NCBI GenBank assembly: GCA_965200315.1
Contig: OZ241362.1
Coordinates: 5,120,001-5,184,000 of the forward strand
Source of the DNA: Candidatus Latescibacterota bacterium
GTDB lineage: Bacteria; Latescibacterota; UBA2968; UBA8231
Direction: 5' to 3'
DNA: 64,000 nt
Part shown: positions 1 through 9,355 of the stretch, one piece after another
Layout of the letters: each line of letters starts with the position of its first letter
How positions within the stretch are numbered: position 1 is the stretch's first letter
Notes under the pieces: generated by a model
Database searches by the model: none
Seen by the model: the letters and a program-made list of their open reading frames with translations, nothing else
Told to the model about the DNA's origin: nothing
Position numbers and translations under genes: made by a program

Positions 1-2
1 TT

Positions 3-152
3 GTTGAACTTAACTGGAAGCTCGAAGCCCTTTTTCAACTGCATTTGATGAAACTTGCTGGAATGAAGATGGAAAGAATCAAGGAGATTGTTAAGAGAAA
101 CTATCGTCTCCGCAACAAACTGGGATTGCTATCCGATAAGGAGACGGCATAG
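3..152 (+). CDS. 3' end of a gene entering the window; possibly a HEPN/ApeA-like protein C-terminus
   Basis: Open frame VELNWKLEALFQLHLMKLAG...KETA* ending TAG 150-152; AT-rich; family guess from the KLEALFQLHL motif only. Confidence 0.35.
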   Translation, partial: VELNWKLEALFQLHLMKLAGMKMERIKEIVKRNYRLRNKLGLLSDKETA

Positions 153-256
153 CCACTAAACCGAGCTCGCTTAAACTAGAATCTCTCCCCTAAAAGATCC
201 TTCATAATCGCACGAATGCGCCCCGCTTAATGACACCCAACTAGGAGCCACTATCC

Positions 257-1012
257 ATGACCGAAGTAGAGCGATATTTGTTTGACCTACAGGGTTATCT
301 GATCATCGAAGACGTGTTGGATGTGCAAGCTGTCGCCGAGTTGAACCGGCTGATTGATGCTCAAGAGATGGGCTCAGACGTCGAGCAGGCGCAAGGGCGG
401 CTACACACCGGCGGGTTTTTGACGTGGGGCCAGCCCTTTGTCGATTTGCTCGACCACGAGCGCATTATGCCACGGCTCAAGGTGATCTTAGGCGACGGTT
501 TTCGGCTCGACCACTACTATGCGATCTATCTGGAGGCCGGTGCCGAGCGGCTCGGGTTGCACGGCGGCAACACGCCCTACGACCCGCCGGAGTACTACCA
601 CTTCCGCAATGGACAGATGTACAATGGGCTGACGGTGGTCTCTTGGAATTTGGCCGACACCGGGCCGGCGCACGGCGGTTTTTGCTGCATTCCGGGCAGC
701 CACAAGGTCAACTACCCCTGTCCGCAGGAAATCCGCGAAGCCCACGTCGAGGCCGGGTGCGTAGTGGTGCCGCAGGCAAAGGCCGGGTCAGTGGTGATTT
801 TTACCGAGGCACTTACGCACGGCACCGCGCCGTGGCAGGCCGCGCACCAGCGGCGCTCGCTGTTGTTCAAATACAGTCCAGGGCAGCAGTCGTGGTCCAA
901 AAGCCACATTGAGCCGCCGCAGGACGTGGCCTTGACCGAGCGACAGGCACTGCTTTTTGAGCCGCCGTATTTCCATGCGCGGGCCTCGCTTTTTGCCGCG
1001 GGGCAAGCATAA
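257..1012 (+). CDS. Phytanoyl-CoA dioxygenase (PhyH)-like Fe/2OG protein
   Basis: FDLQGYL, LHGG, GGFCCIPGSHK and EALTHGT motifs; AGGAG RBS upstream. Confidence 0.85.
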   Translation: MTEVERYLFDLQGYLIIEDVLDVQAVAELNRLIDAQEMGSDVEQAQGRLHTGGFLTWGQPFVDLLDHERIMPRLKVILGDGFRLDHYYAIYLEAGAERLGLHGGNTPYDPPEYYHFRNGQMYNGLTVVSWNLADTGPAHGGFCCIPGSHKVNYPCPQEIREAHVEAGCVVVPQAKAGSVVIFTEALTHGTAPWQAAHQRRSLLFKYSPGQQSWSKSHIEPPQDVALTERQALLFEPPYFHARASLFAAGQA

Positions 1013-1013
1013 C

Positions 1014-1763
1014 ATGGAAGCGCTGTTTCGCCCCTTTGTATTCGGAGCCGACGAACGGGCTGTGCTCGACCGCGACGGGCACTTCGCGCTGCCGGGCGTC
1101 CTGACTGACGCGGCTTGCGCCGAGTTGACCGCAGCGCTGGCGCGCATCCAAACCCTGCCAAGCGATGACGAGGAATATCGCCCCTCGCGTTTTGCCGCTG
1201 AATTCGACGCCTATTTGGAGGGCCTGATCGGGCATCCGCAACTGCTAAACTTGGTGCGCCGAGTGCTGGGGCCAGAAGTCCGCTACGACCACTGCGTGGC
1301 GTTGAACCGCGAAGGGGGCAATCCGGGGAGCCATTGGCACAGCCACGAGTACGCCGACGACGATCCGGCTCTGGGTTTTGTGCGGGTGTTTTTTTACGTC
1401 AATGGCTTCGCGGCCGACGATGGCGGGTTGAAGGTGGTGCCGGGGAGCCATCTGTATCGGGATCCGGGCATTAACGCAGAATCGGATGCTGCGTTGGCTC
1501 AGGCGTGGATGGCGGGGAAGGCGCATCCGGTTAGCGGTCAACCGCTCGCGATTGAGGAGTTGTCGGTGCCAAAGGGGACGGTGGTGTTGATGTGGACGCA
1601 CGCGGCGCATGGGGTCAATCCGCGCAAAGAAGCCAGCGACACTCGGTGGTGCGTGGTGTATGCGTATCGCAATCCGGGGCGGGAGTCGCACGCGCGGTGG
1701 CTTAGTCCGAGCTTTGCAAACAAGCAGATCAAAGGCGCAGAAGGATTGATGAGTTTGTACTAG
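1014..1763 (+). CDS. PhyH-like Fe/2OG dioxygenase
   Basis: ATG 1014 right after the previous stop; DRDGHF, WHSH, GGLKVVPGSH and THAAHGV motifs. Confidence 0.8.
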   Translation: MEALFRPFVFGADERAVLDRDGHFALPGVLTDAACAELTAALARIQTLPSDDEEYRPSRFAAEFDAYLEGLIGHPQLLNLVRRVLGPEVRYDHCVALNREGGNPGSHWHSHEYADDDPALGFVRVFFYVNGFAADDGGLKVVPGSHLYRDPGINAESDAALAQAWMAGKAHPVSGQPLAIEELSVPKGTVVLMWTHAAHGVNPRKEASDTRWCVVYAYRNPGRESHARWLSPSFANKQIKGAEGLMSLY

Positions 1764-1769
1764 AGAGGA

Positions 1770-2897
1770 ATGAAAATGAAAATGAAAATCACCGAGATTC
1801 GGACGTTTTTAGTGGGCAGGTTTTTGTTGGTCCGGGTCTATACCGATGAGGGCATCGTCGGCAATGGGGAGGCCGGGTTGTGGGCGCATCACGGGGTGGT
1901 GAAAGAGGCGCTGAGGGAGTTGAGTGATTACTACGTGGGCAAGGACCCGCTGCGCATTGAGCATCACTATCAGGTGGTGTCGCGGTCGGCCCATTTCATG
2001 GGCGCGGCGATGGGCGCGGCGATGAGCGCGATCGACATGGCACTGTGGGACCTATTCGGCAAGGCTGTGGGTTTGCCCGTGTACCAGTTGTTGGGCGGCA
2101 AGTGCCGCGACAAGGTAAAGGTGTACGAAAACGTCGGCGGACAGACGCCGGCGGCAGTGCGGGAGAGTGTGCAGGCGCGGGTGGAGGAGGGGTTTACGTC
2201 GTTTCGGATGGGGCCGTTTGTCAGCGGGTTTGAGCAGCGCACCAGCACGGCCAACATCTCGACGGCCGTGGAATTGGTGGCCGCGGCGCGGGAGGCGCTA
2301 GGGGACGAGATGGATTTGGGGTTGGAGATCCACCGGAACTTGCGGCCGGAGGAGGCGATTGCACTGGCCACGGAGTTGACGCCTTTTAAAATACTGTACT
2401 ACGAAGACCCGCTGCCGCCTCAGAGCTTTGAGGCCCTTGAGTACGTCGCCCAGAACATCAACATCCCAATCGCCACGGGCGAGCGGTGCTACAATCCCTT
2501 CCAGTTTAAGGATTTGATCGATCGCCAGATCGTCAGTTTTATTCGGCCGGACGTGTCGTTGGCCGGCGGATTTACGCAGGTGAAGAAAATTGCCGCGCTG
2601 GCGGAGACGGCTTTCGTCGGGGTGTTCCCCCATCTGATGGGCAGCCCCATCAACAACGCTGCTTTCGCGCAGCTAGGCGCGGCCATTCCCAACTACACGC
2701 ACACCGAGCACAATGCCCTCAACGGGCCGATGATCGAGATCGTCGATGAGCAGCTACAAGTCGAAGGCGGCTATCGGCTGCTGACCGATCGGCCGGGTAT
2801 TGGGATTGAGATCGTCGAAGACGCGCTGGCAAAATATCCGTACGAGCGCTGGGCGATTAAGGGGAGTTTCCACGCCGACGGCTCGGTCGCGCATTAA
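1770..2897 (+). CDS. Mandelate racemase/muconate lactonizing (galactonate dehydratase-like) enolase-superfamily enzyme
   Basis: MKITEI N-terminus, SAIDMALWD..GK..G.PVYQLLGG, YEDP, IATGE, RPGIG. Confidence 0.85.
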   Translation: MKMKMKITEIRTFLVGRFLLVRVYTDEGIVGNGEAGLWAHHGVVKEALRELSDYYVGKDPLRIEHHYQVVSRSAHFMGAAMGAAMSAIDMALWDLFGKAVGLPVYQLLGGKCRDKVKVYENVGGQTPAAVRESVQARVEEGFTSFRMGPFVSGFEQRTSTANISTAVELVAAAREALGDEMDLGLEIHRNLRPEEAIALATELTPFKILYYEDPLPPQSFEALEYVAQNINIPIATGERCYNPFQFKDLIDRQIVSFIRPDVSLAGGFTQVKKIAALAETAFVGVFPHLMGSPINNAAFAQLGAAIPNYTHTEHNALNGPMIEIVDEQLQVEGGYRLLTDRPGIGIEIVEDALAKYPYERWAIKGSFHADGSVAH

Positions 2898-2918
2898 TTC
2901 ACTACGAAGCGGGAGAAT

Positions 2919-3833
2919 GTGATGATTGACCCTGCCTTGCGGGATCAGCTAAAGGATGTCCACGCCTATGCGCTGACTATTTATCAGCGCGATGATCTCT
3001 ACGCACTCGATTTGGACGGGTTTGCGCGCAATATCGCGTGGGCTGCTGACCGGGGGGTGCGGGTTTTTGTGGTGGCCGGCGGGACCGGCGAAAACGACGC
3101 GTTGGCTCCGCCCGAGCGCGTGGCGCTGGCCGAGTGTGCGCTGGCGACGGTGGGTGAACAGGCGCTGGTGGTGCCGACTTTGCCCGGCAATTTGGGCGAG
3201 GCCGCGGACTTAGCTCCGCGCTACGAGGCGTTGGGATTGCGCGTGGTGCTGGCCATGGCACCCTACACGCGCCACCAAGTGCCCGAAGACCCCGCAGGCG
3301 TGTACCAGTACTACGAGGCGCTGGGTGCGCGGTCGGGGCTGGCGTTGATGCCCTACAATACGCAGGGCTGGTCGGCCGAACTTTTCGAGCGGCTGGCCGA
3401 GGTGCCGCAGATCGCTGCGATCAAGGACCCCTGCGTTGAGCCGCATCACCTCTTCCGCGCCATCAAGCGGCTCGGCGATCGCTTCGTCTGGATCGGCAAC
3501 AAGCGCCACGATCCGGGCGTGTTGCACTTTCGCTTCCAAGCCGGGATCGAGGGCTTTACCGCTGGTTTTGTCAACTTCGCTCCGCAGCTCGAACTGGCGC
3601 TTTTCTCGGCCGCGCAACAACAGGATTGGCCGCAGATGATCGAGTCGCAGGAGCAGTTGGCTCCCTTGGAGCGATTGCGCTCGCGCTTTGACGACGCCGG
3701 TATGCTCAAGACGACGATGGAGCTGATGGGGCTGGCTGGGGGTGCGGTGCGCCCGCCCCGCATCAACGTGCCGCCAGCCGGGCGCGAGGCGATCAAACAG
3801 GAGCTGCAACGCCTAGGGGTCTTAAGCGCGTAG
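2919..3833 (+). CDS. Dihydrodipicolinate synthase (DHDPS)-family aldolase/dehydratase
   Basis: AGGTGE, MPYN, Schiff-base Lys in AIKD, VRPP C-terminus. Confidence 0.8.
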   Translation: MMIDPALRDQLKDVHAYALTIYQRDDLYALDLDGFARNIAWAADRGVRVFVVAGGTGENDALAPPERVALAECALATVGEQALVVPTLPGNLGEAADLAPRYEALGLRVVLAMAPYTRHQVPEDPAGVYQYYEALGARSGLALMPYNTQGWSAELFERLAEVPQIAAIKDPCVEPHHLFRAIKRLGDRFVWIGNKRHDPGVLHFRFQAGIEGFTAGFVNFAPQLELALFSAAQQQDWPQMIESQEQLAPLERLRSRFDDAGMLKTTMELMGLAGGAVRPPRINVPPAGREAIKQELQRLGVLSA

Positions 3834-3867
3834 GTAATGGAGTTCAGCGGGCATTCGCTAGGTTCTG

Positions 3868-5745
3868 ATGGACGATTCCGCCGTGCGAAAGCAAATGTTG
3901 CCCTTATTCCCCATCACCTTGCTCGGAGTGGCCGTTGATCTGTGGCTGCGGCCAGCGCTCGACTTGCGCCCGACGCAGTGGGCGTGGTGGTGGCTGTCGG
4001 TGGCGTTTTCGTTGGTGATGTGGCAGGGCCTTTTTGCGCTCAGCAGCCGGTTGCGCCCGCGCGGGCAAGCCGCGTTTGTCCTCGTCGTCGGCGCGGTGAC
4101 GGCTGGGCTGGCGATGGTGTGGCTTGACTTCCACGCGATATTTTACTGCTGGCCGACGGCCTACGCGCTCGTGCATTCGGCGGGTCATCCGCGCGAGGCT
4201 TGGGAGTATATCCGCAATGAAGCCGATTGGGGGGACGCGGTCGTCTTTGTGGCGGTGGTCGTCTTTGTGGTGGGCTGGTGGCGGTACAAGCTGCGTCCGG
4301 GCCGCCAGTTAGCGCACGGCAGAGTTTTACGACCTCAGTATTGGGGCCGCATTTTGGCCGCGCTGTGCTTGGCCGGAGCGGTGGCTTTTGGCGCAGTGCA
4401 TCGCCACGCGAGCATCATGGTGCCGGATGCCGCGGCTGCGAAGCTGGCCATTGACTTTGCCATCCACTCGCTCGTCGGCGGAGTACACGGGCGCTTGTTG
4501 CAAGCGAGCCGTCCGGCGGCGGCGGCCATGTACAGCGGCCCGCTCGTGGATGCCAGTGCTCCCAACCTCATCGTGGTGATCGGGGAAAGCGTCGCGCTCA
4601 GCCGCATGGATATCTACGGGTACAAGCGACAAACCACGCCTCGGCTGGCGGCGTTGCGCAAGGTGCGGCCAGCCGATTGGGTGCAGATGGAAAAGGCCGT
4701 GTCCAATGCCACGGCGACCAAGGTGGCGCTGCCGGCCATGCTGACCGGATTGTTCCCATCGCGGACGCCTGTGGAGCAGCATACCTTCCCGTTGCTGTGG
4801 CACTACGCCCACGCTGCTGGCTACCAGACCGCGCTGATCTCGGCGCAGAGCTACGCATGGAACAATCTCGAAGGTTTTTTCGTCGATGATGCGCTGGATT
4901 ATGTGTTTACGCTCGAGCGCTCGGACGCTGAGATCGTCAATTCCGAAGGCATGGACGACCGCCGGATGATGGCGGAGGCCCTTGCAACTATCGACCGCTT
5001 TGCCGCACGCGGCCCGTTTTTGGTGGCCCTGCAATTCAATTGCACACATTATCCGGGGTACTCACCGCCGGATTGGCAGCCGTGGCCGGACGCGAGCTAC
5101 GATAATGCGGTGGCCTATATGGACCACTTGCTCGGACGGCTGTTCGACCACCTCGCCGCACAGGGGCTAGCGGAGAATACAATTGTGCTATTTGTGGCCG
5201 ACCACGGCGAAGACCTCGACAGCGTCCACAAACTCCATCGCACGGATTCTTATTACCAGACTGCGATTGCCGTCCCGTTTTTTGCCGTCGTGCCCGAGCG
5301 GCAGCGGCAGCGGTTGGGAACGGGTTGGGGGCAATGGCACCAGAATGCGCAGATGCGCGTCGCGCTGACGGACTTGGTGCCGACCGCGTTGGACCTCCTC
5401 GGGTTGTCCGCCGATTCCACGGTCGCGGCGTGGCAGGAGCAGCTAGACGGCCGCTCGCTCCTGAGTCCGCTTTCTCCCGAGCGCCTGCTCGTGGTGGTCA
5501 ACACGGACGAACACGTACAGTGGTCGCGCAAAGGCTATGCGGTCGTGGCCGACGATTGGAAGTACATCAATTATAGTTGGCGCGGCTCCATGTTGTTCGA
5601 CTTGGCGGCCGACGCGCTGGAGCAGCGCGATTTGCTGGCGGGGGGCGAGTCTGCGCTGGGCCGGGCTGCAAAGCGGCATCTGCGCCGCGTGCGTGCTTTG
5701 GTCGCCAAAACGCCCGTGCTGGCCGACATCCACGTGGAGTATTGA
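3868..5745 (+). CDS. Membrane-anchored sulfatase-like/phosphoethanolamine transferase-family protein
   Basis: About 4 N-terminal TM segments; VIGES, SNATAT (Thr nucleophile region), YDNAV, DHGE. Confidence 0.75.
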   Translation: MDDSAVRKQMLPLFPITLLGVAVDLWLRPALDLRPTQWAWWWLSVAFSLVMWQGLFALSSRLRPRGQAAFVLVVGAVTAGLAMVWLDFHAIFYCWPTAYALVHSAGHPREAWEYIRNEADWGDAVVFVAVVVFVVGWWRYKLRPGRQLAHGRVLRPQYWGRILAALCLAGAVAFGAVHRHASIMVPDAAAAKLAIDFAIHSLVGGVHGRLLQASRPAAAAMYSGPLVDASAPNLIVVIGESVALSRMDIYGYKRQTTPRLAALRKVRPADWVQMEKAVSNATATKVALPAMLTGLFPSRTPVEQHTFPLLWHYAHAAGYQTALISAQSYAWNNLEGFFVDDALDYVFTLERSDAEIVNSEGMDDRRMMAEALATIDRFAARGPFLVALQFNCTHYPGYSPPDWQPWPDASYDNAVAYMDHLLGRLFDHLAAQGLAENTIVLFVADHGEDLDSVHKLHRTDSYYQTAIAVPFFAVVPERQRQRLGTGWGQWHQNAQMRVALTDLVPTALDLLGLSADSTVAAWQEQLDGRSLLSPLSPERLLVVVNTDEHVQWSRKGYAVVADDWKYINYSWRGSMLFDLAADALEQRDLLAGGESALGRAAKRHLRRVRALVAKTPVLADIHVEY

Positions 5746-5748
5746 AGT

Positions 5749-7875
5749 TTGCAGCGGTCCATTCCCTCCACTTTTGCCGCTTCCCCTGAGCTCCGCCCGG
5801 CGGCCGCAGTCGGCATAACTTGGCGCGGCTTTTGGACGGGAACCTTCCTCAGCTTCTTCCTCGCCATTGGCGCACCATACGCCAACATGGCCATGCACGC
5901 GACCTTTATGGCGTGGGATTTCAATACTCCAGGCGCGATTTTCCTGTTCCTCGTACTCATTGGCTTGCTCAACGTTCTGTTCAAGGTGGTGGCACGGAAC
6001 GGGCTCTGGGCGCTAGGAGCGGCTGTGATAGTGCTGGGCCTCTATCTGGCGTATTACCTACCCCAGCCGCAGATCGACCTGTTCAAGCCGGGCCTGTGGT
6101 TGGCCTCCTTTTTGGTGGCCTCGGCCCTGCTCAACGCGGCCTTGGTCTGGCGCGGCCGATCGTTGGCTCTTGCCAGTGCCGACTTGGTCTTGGTGTACAT
6201 CATGCTCTTGATGGTCTCGGCCCTGTGTACTATGGGCATGAGCCAGCAGTTGCTGCCCATTCTCGCGGCCTTTGCGTACTACGGTACGCCGCAAAACGAG
6301 TGGCAGGAAAAGCTCGGCCCGCTGTTGCCTGAACGCGCGATTTTGGTTGACGACGGCGAGGACAACCGCGCCTTCTTCGAGGGCGGAGAAATCCCTTATG
6401 GGGCTTGGGCCGAGCCGCTGTTGTGGTGGGCGGTGTTTCTCATTGCACTCTACGCGACGATGGTGGCCGCGGCCGTGATCTTGCGGCGGCAGTGGATGGA
6501 CCGCGAGCGGCTGGCGTACCCGGTGGCGCAGGTGGGGGCGGCCATGGTGCAGGGCGAGGGCCGGGGTTTGGTCAACCGCTTTTTTAAGAGCCGGGCCATG
6601 TGGTATGGCTGTGCCATTCCAGTGCTGTGGGGGTCGCTTGAGGCCCTGCACCAGTACGAGCCGTCTATGCCCAACGTAAACTTGCAGTGGAGCATGCCCT
6701 ATTTCGGCCAGCGCCTGCAACTGCGAGTTATCTTCGCGATGGTGGGCTTTTCTTATTTGATCAACACGAGCATCTCGGCTGGCCTGTGGATTTTCCAGCT
6801 CTTGGTGCGGGCTGAGTCCGAGGTCCTGCTGCTGCTGGGCCTGACGTCCAAGCAGAAGTTCGTCTATGGCATTGCCTCCCAACCCTATCTGGCCTATCAG
6901 GGCGGTGGCGCGTTACTGGTGCTGGTGCTGGCTGGTCTATGGGTGGGCCGCGAACACCTGAAGCGGGTGTTCCGCAAGGCGTTGTGGGGCGCGCGCGACA
7001 TCGACGATGGCGCTGAGATCGTCCCGTATCGCGGCGCGGTTTGCGCTTTGATAGCTGGCGTGGCGACGATGGTGGGGTGGTTGTGGCTGATGGGGGTACA
7101 GTTGTGGGTGGCGGCGATGTTTATTGGATTGGCGCTGTTGATTTTTATTGGGATTAGCCGGATCGTGGCCGAGGCTGGGTTGGCGGCTGTGCGCTCGCCG
7201 ATGATCGCGCCAGACCTGATGATACACGGCTTGGGCGTCAACGCGATTGGCACCAGCGGGGTGTTCAATTTGTCGCTGGCCTATATCTGGTGTGCCGACA
7301 TCCGCATCTTTATAATGGCGCTCTTGGCCAACGGGCTGAAGCTGGTCGAGGACATGACGCGGCCGAGTCGGCGGGTGGTGATGTGGGGGGTGTGCTTGGC
7401 GATATTGATTGGCGCGGTTGGCTCGTGCTGGATGGTGCTGCACATGGCGTACCGGCACGGGGGGATCAATTTGGTGGAGTGGTTTTTTAAGGGTGGGCCA
7501 TCCACCGTGTACAACTATGCAGTGCGCGGGCTGGAGCCAGCGGGTGTGGCGTGGGATGGACTTGCTTTTTGCGCTGGTGGCGGCGCAGTCATGCTCTTGT
7601 TGATGTGGGCGCGCCATCACGTGCTTTGGTGGCCGTTGCATCCGCTGGGCTTTGCGGTGGCGGCCAATCACCTGATGGACAAGATATGGTTCAGCATCTT
7701 CATTGCTTGGGCGGTAAAGCGGCTCGTGCTGCGCTTTGGCGGGCCGGCGATTTACGCGGCGAGTGTGCGCTTCTTCTTGGGGCTGATTATGGGCGAGAGC
7801 CTGTGCAACGGCCTGTGGATCGTTATCGACTACTTTACAGGCAAGACTGGCAACAAGGTCTTTATCATCGGTTAA
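5749..7875 (+). CDS. Multi-pass membrane protein, DUF6785/DUF6784-like (putative transporter)
   Basis: Many TM helices; RRQW.DRERL.YP and WWPLHPLGF motifs. Confidence 0.7.
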   Translation: MQRSIPSTFAASPELRPAAAVGITWRGFWTGTFLSFFLAIGAPYANMAMHATFMAWDFNTPGAIFLFLVLIGLLNVLFKVVARNGLWALGAAVIVLGLYLAYYLPQPQIDLFKPGLWLASFLVASALLNAALVWRGRSLALASADLVLVYIMLLMVSALCTMGMSQQLLPILAAFAYYGTPQNEWQEKLGPLLPERAILVDDGEDNRAFFEGGEIPYGAWAEPLLWWAVFLIALYATMVAAAVILRRQWMDRERLAYPVAQVGAAMVQGEGRGLVNRFFKSRAMWYGCAIPVLWGSLEALHQYEPSMPNVNLQWSMPYFGQRLQLRVIFAMVGFSYLINTSISAGLWIFQLLVRAESEVLLLLGLTSKQKFVYGIASQPYLAYQGGGALLVLVLAGLWVGREHLKRVFRKALWGARDIDDGAEIVPYRGAVCALIAGVATMVGWLWLMGVQLWVAAMFIGLALLIFIGISRIVAEAGLAAVRSPMIAPDLMIHGLGVNAIGTSGVFNLSLAYIWCADIRIFIMALLANGLKLVEDMTRPSRRVVMWGVCLAILIGAVGSCWMVLHMAYRHGGINLVEWFFKGGPSTVYNYAVRGLEPAGVAWDGLAFCAGGGAVMLLLMWARHHVLWWPLHPLGFAVAANHLMDKIWFSIFIAWAVKRLVLRFGGPAIYAASVRFFLGLIMGESLCNGLWIVIDYFTGKTGNKVFIIG

Positions 7876-7883
7876 TAGCAACG

Positions 7884-7899
7884 TATGTACATGTGCATA
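7884..7899. promoter_or_regulatory. Palindromic operator candidate upstream of brnTA remnant
   Basis: TATGTACATGTGCATA matches its reverse complement at 14/16 positions; 10 bp upstream of the toxin start. Confidence 0.4.
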
Positions 7900-7908
7900 T
7901 ATTCAATC

Positions 7909-8168
7909 GTGGACATCAGATGGGAGCCGCCTAAAGCAAGCGCAAATTTTGCCAAGCATGGCGTTGCTTTTCGGATGCAGAACCTGTGTTATTCGATCCT
8001 ATGGCGTGACGATTGAAGATGATCGGATCGATGAAGAGCAGAGGTTCGCAACGATAAGCTTAGATGCTTTAGGGCGTATCCTCGCCGTAGTGTATGCAAA
8101 CTATTAGGCTTATATCAGCTCGGAGAGCCACTCAAGCGGAGCAGCGAAATTATGGAGAAGGAATATGA
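7909..8168 (+). pseudogene. brnT: BrnT-family toxin, frameshifted
   Basis: Pieces in different frames: VDIRWEPPKASANFAKHGVAF / TIEDDRIDEEQRFATISLDALGRILAVVY / IRLISARRATQAEQRNY. Confidence 0.75.
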
Positions 8169-8391
8169 TTTCAGTCAGGGGAAGCGGGGGCCGGTCGCAG
8201 CCGAGAGCGGCAAAACCCGCGTTACCATTTATCTCGATAACGAGGTGCTGAATAGCTTTAGCACTCGGTCGGGAAGCGAAGGCATGGGCTGCCAAACCAT
8301 GGTTAAAGTACCTCAAGCGCAGAGTGACGCCCTTGACGAAACCACGCTGCGCCGGGTCAGACGCGAAGAATTGCAAAGCGTTGGTCGGTAG
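8152..8391 (+). CDS. brnA: BrnA-family antitoxin (possibly degraded)
   Basis: MEKEYDFSQGKRG...KTRVTIYLDNEV; overlaps the brnT remnant. Confidence 0.7.
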   Translation: MEKEYDFSQGKRGPVAAESGKTRVTIYLDNEVLNSFSTRSGSEGMGCQTMVKVPQAQSDALDETTLRRVRREELQSVGR

Positions 8392-8405
8392 TCAGGAGAG
8401 ATACT

Positions 8406-9131
8406 GTGATTGACCAAGCGCTTATTTTGGCCGCTGGGCACGGCTCTCGCTTGCGAGGCCACGTTCCGGTAGCGCACAAATCTCTAGTGGAAATAGAAGG
8501 CGAGCCGCTGTTGGTGCGCACCTGCCGGATGCTAGAGAGAAGCGGCTTGCAGGAGATCGTCGTGGTCACGGGCCATTGCGGCGCCGATGTGTGTGCGGCC
8601 TTGAACGCGGCGAGCGGTCTGGGGATCGGGCTACGGTTTGTCGAGAATGTGCAATGGAAGCTAGCCAATGGGATTTCGGTGTTGGCGGCCACCGAGATGC
8701 TCGCGGAGAGATTCCTCCTCCTGATGGCCGATCATCTCTTCGACCCGGCGATTATTGCCGCGATGCGCGGCGTCAGCCTGAGCCCCGGTGAGGTGGTGCT
8801 GGCGGTGGATCGCAAACTGGACGCGATTTACGACATGGACGACGCGACAAAGGTGCGGCTAGAAGGCGAGCGCATTGCGGCGATTGGCAAGGAACTGATG
8901 GGTTTCAACGCCGTTGATACTGGCCTGTTTGCTTGTAGCGACACATTGGTGGCGCACCTCAGCGAGTTGGTCGCGCGCCGGGGCGATTGCAGTTTGACCG
9001 ATGGGATGAGGGCCCTGATAGAGCAGGGTCGGTTGCGCGCTTGGGATATTGGCGCGGCTTGGTGGCAGGATGTGGATACGCCGGGGGCGTTGGCGCACGG
9101 GATGCAGCTATTGAGAGAGCACGGGCGCTAG
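8406..9131 (+). CDS. NTP transferase (phosphocholine/inositol-1-phosphate cytidylyltransferase-like)
   Basis: ALILAAGHGSRL, NGISVL, LLMADH, DDATKV, VDTG.F, WQDVDTP. Confidence 0.8.
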   Translation: MIDQALILAAGHGSRLRGHVPVAHKSLVEIEGEPLLVRTCRMLERSGLQEIVVVTGHCGADVCAALNAASGLGIGLRFVENVQWKLANGISVLAATEMLAERFLLLMADHLFDPAIIAAMRGVSLSPGEVVLAVDRKLDAIYDMDDATKVRLEGERIAAIGKELMGFNAVDTGLFACSDTLVAHLSELVARRGDCSLTDGMRALIEQGRLRAWDIGAAWWQDVDTPGALAHGMQLLREHGR

Positions 9132-9355
9132 GGTAACTCTTCCTTGCTTTGTTTGCGTTTGTTTTTGCGGCGGTACAGCACGTAAAAGGGATACGAGGCC
9201 ACGAGCGCGGCGGCCAGGACCACGGCGGCGACCCAACCGAACATGCTGCCGATGGCGCCGATGATGATGATGGGGCCGATGTAGGCGTGCGCAGTGCTGC
9301 TACACAGGAGCAGAAGGGCGCAAACGAGGCTAATTTTCGAGAAATGACAGGGCAT
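9128..9355 (-). CDS. Small membrane protein: signal peptide, AYIGP motif, TM helix, basic tail
   Basis: AHA|YIGP..., hydrophobic stretch, RRKNKRK; overlaps the 3' end of the upstream arylsulfotransferase. Confidence 0.6.
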   Translation of the reverse strand: MPCHFSKISLVCALLLLCSSTAHAYIGPIIIIGAIGSMFGWVAAVVLAAALVASYPFYVLYRRKNKRKQSKEELP

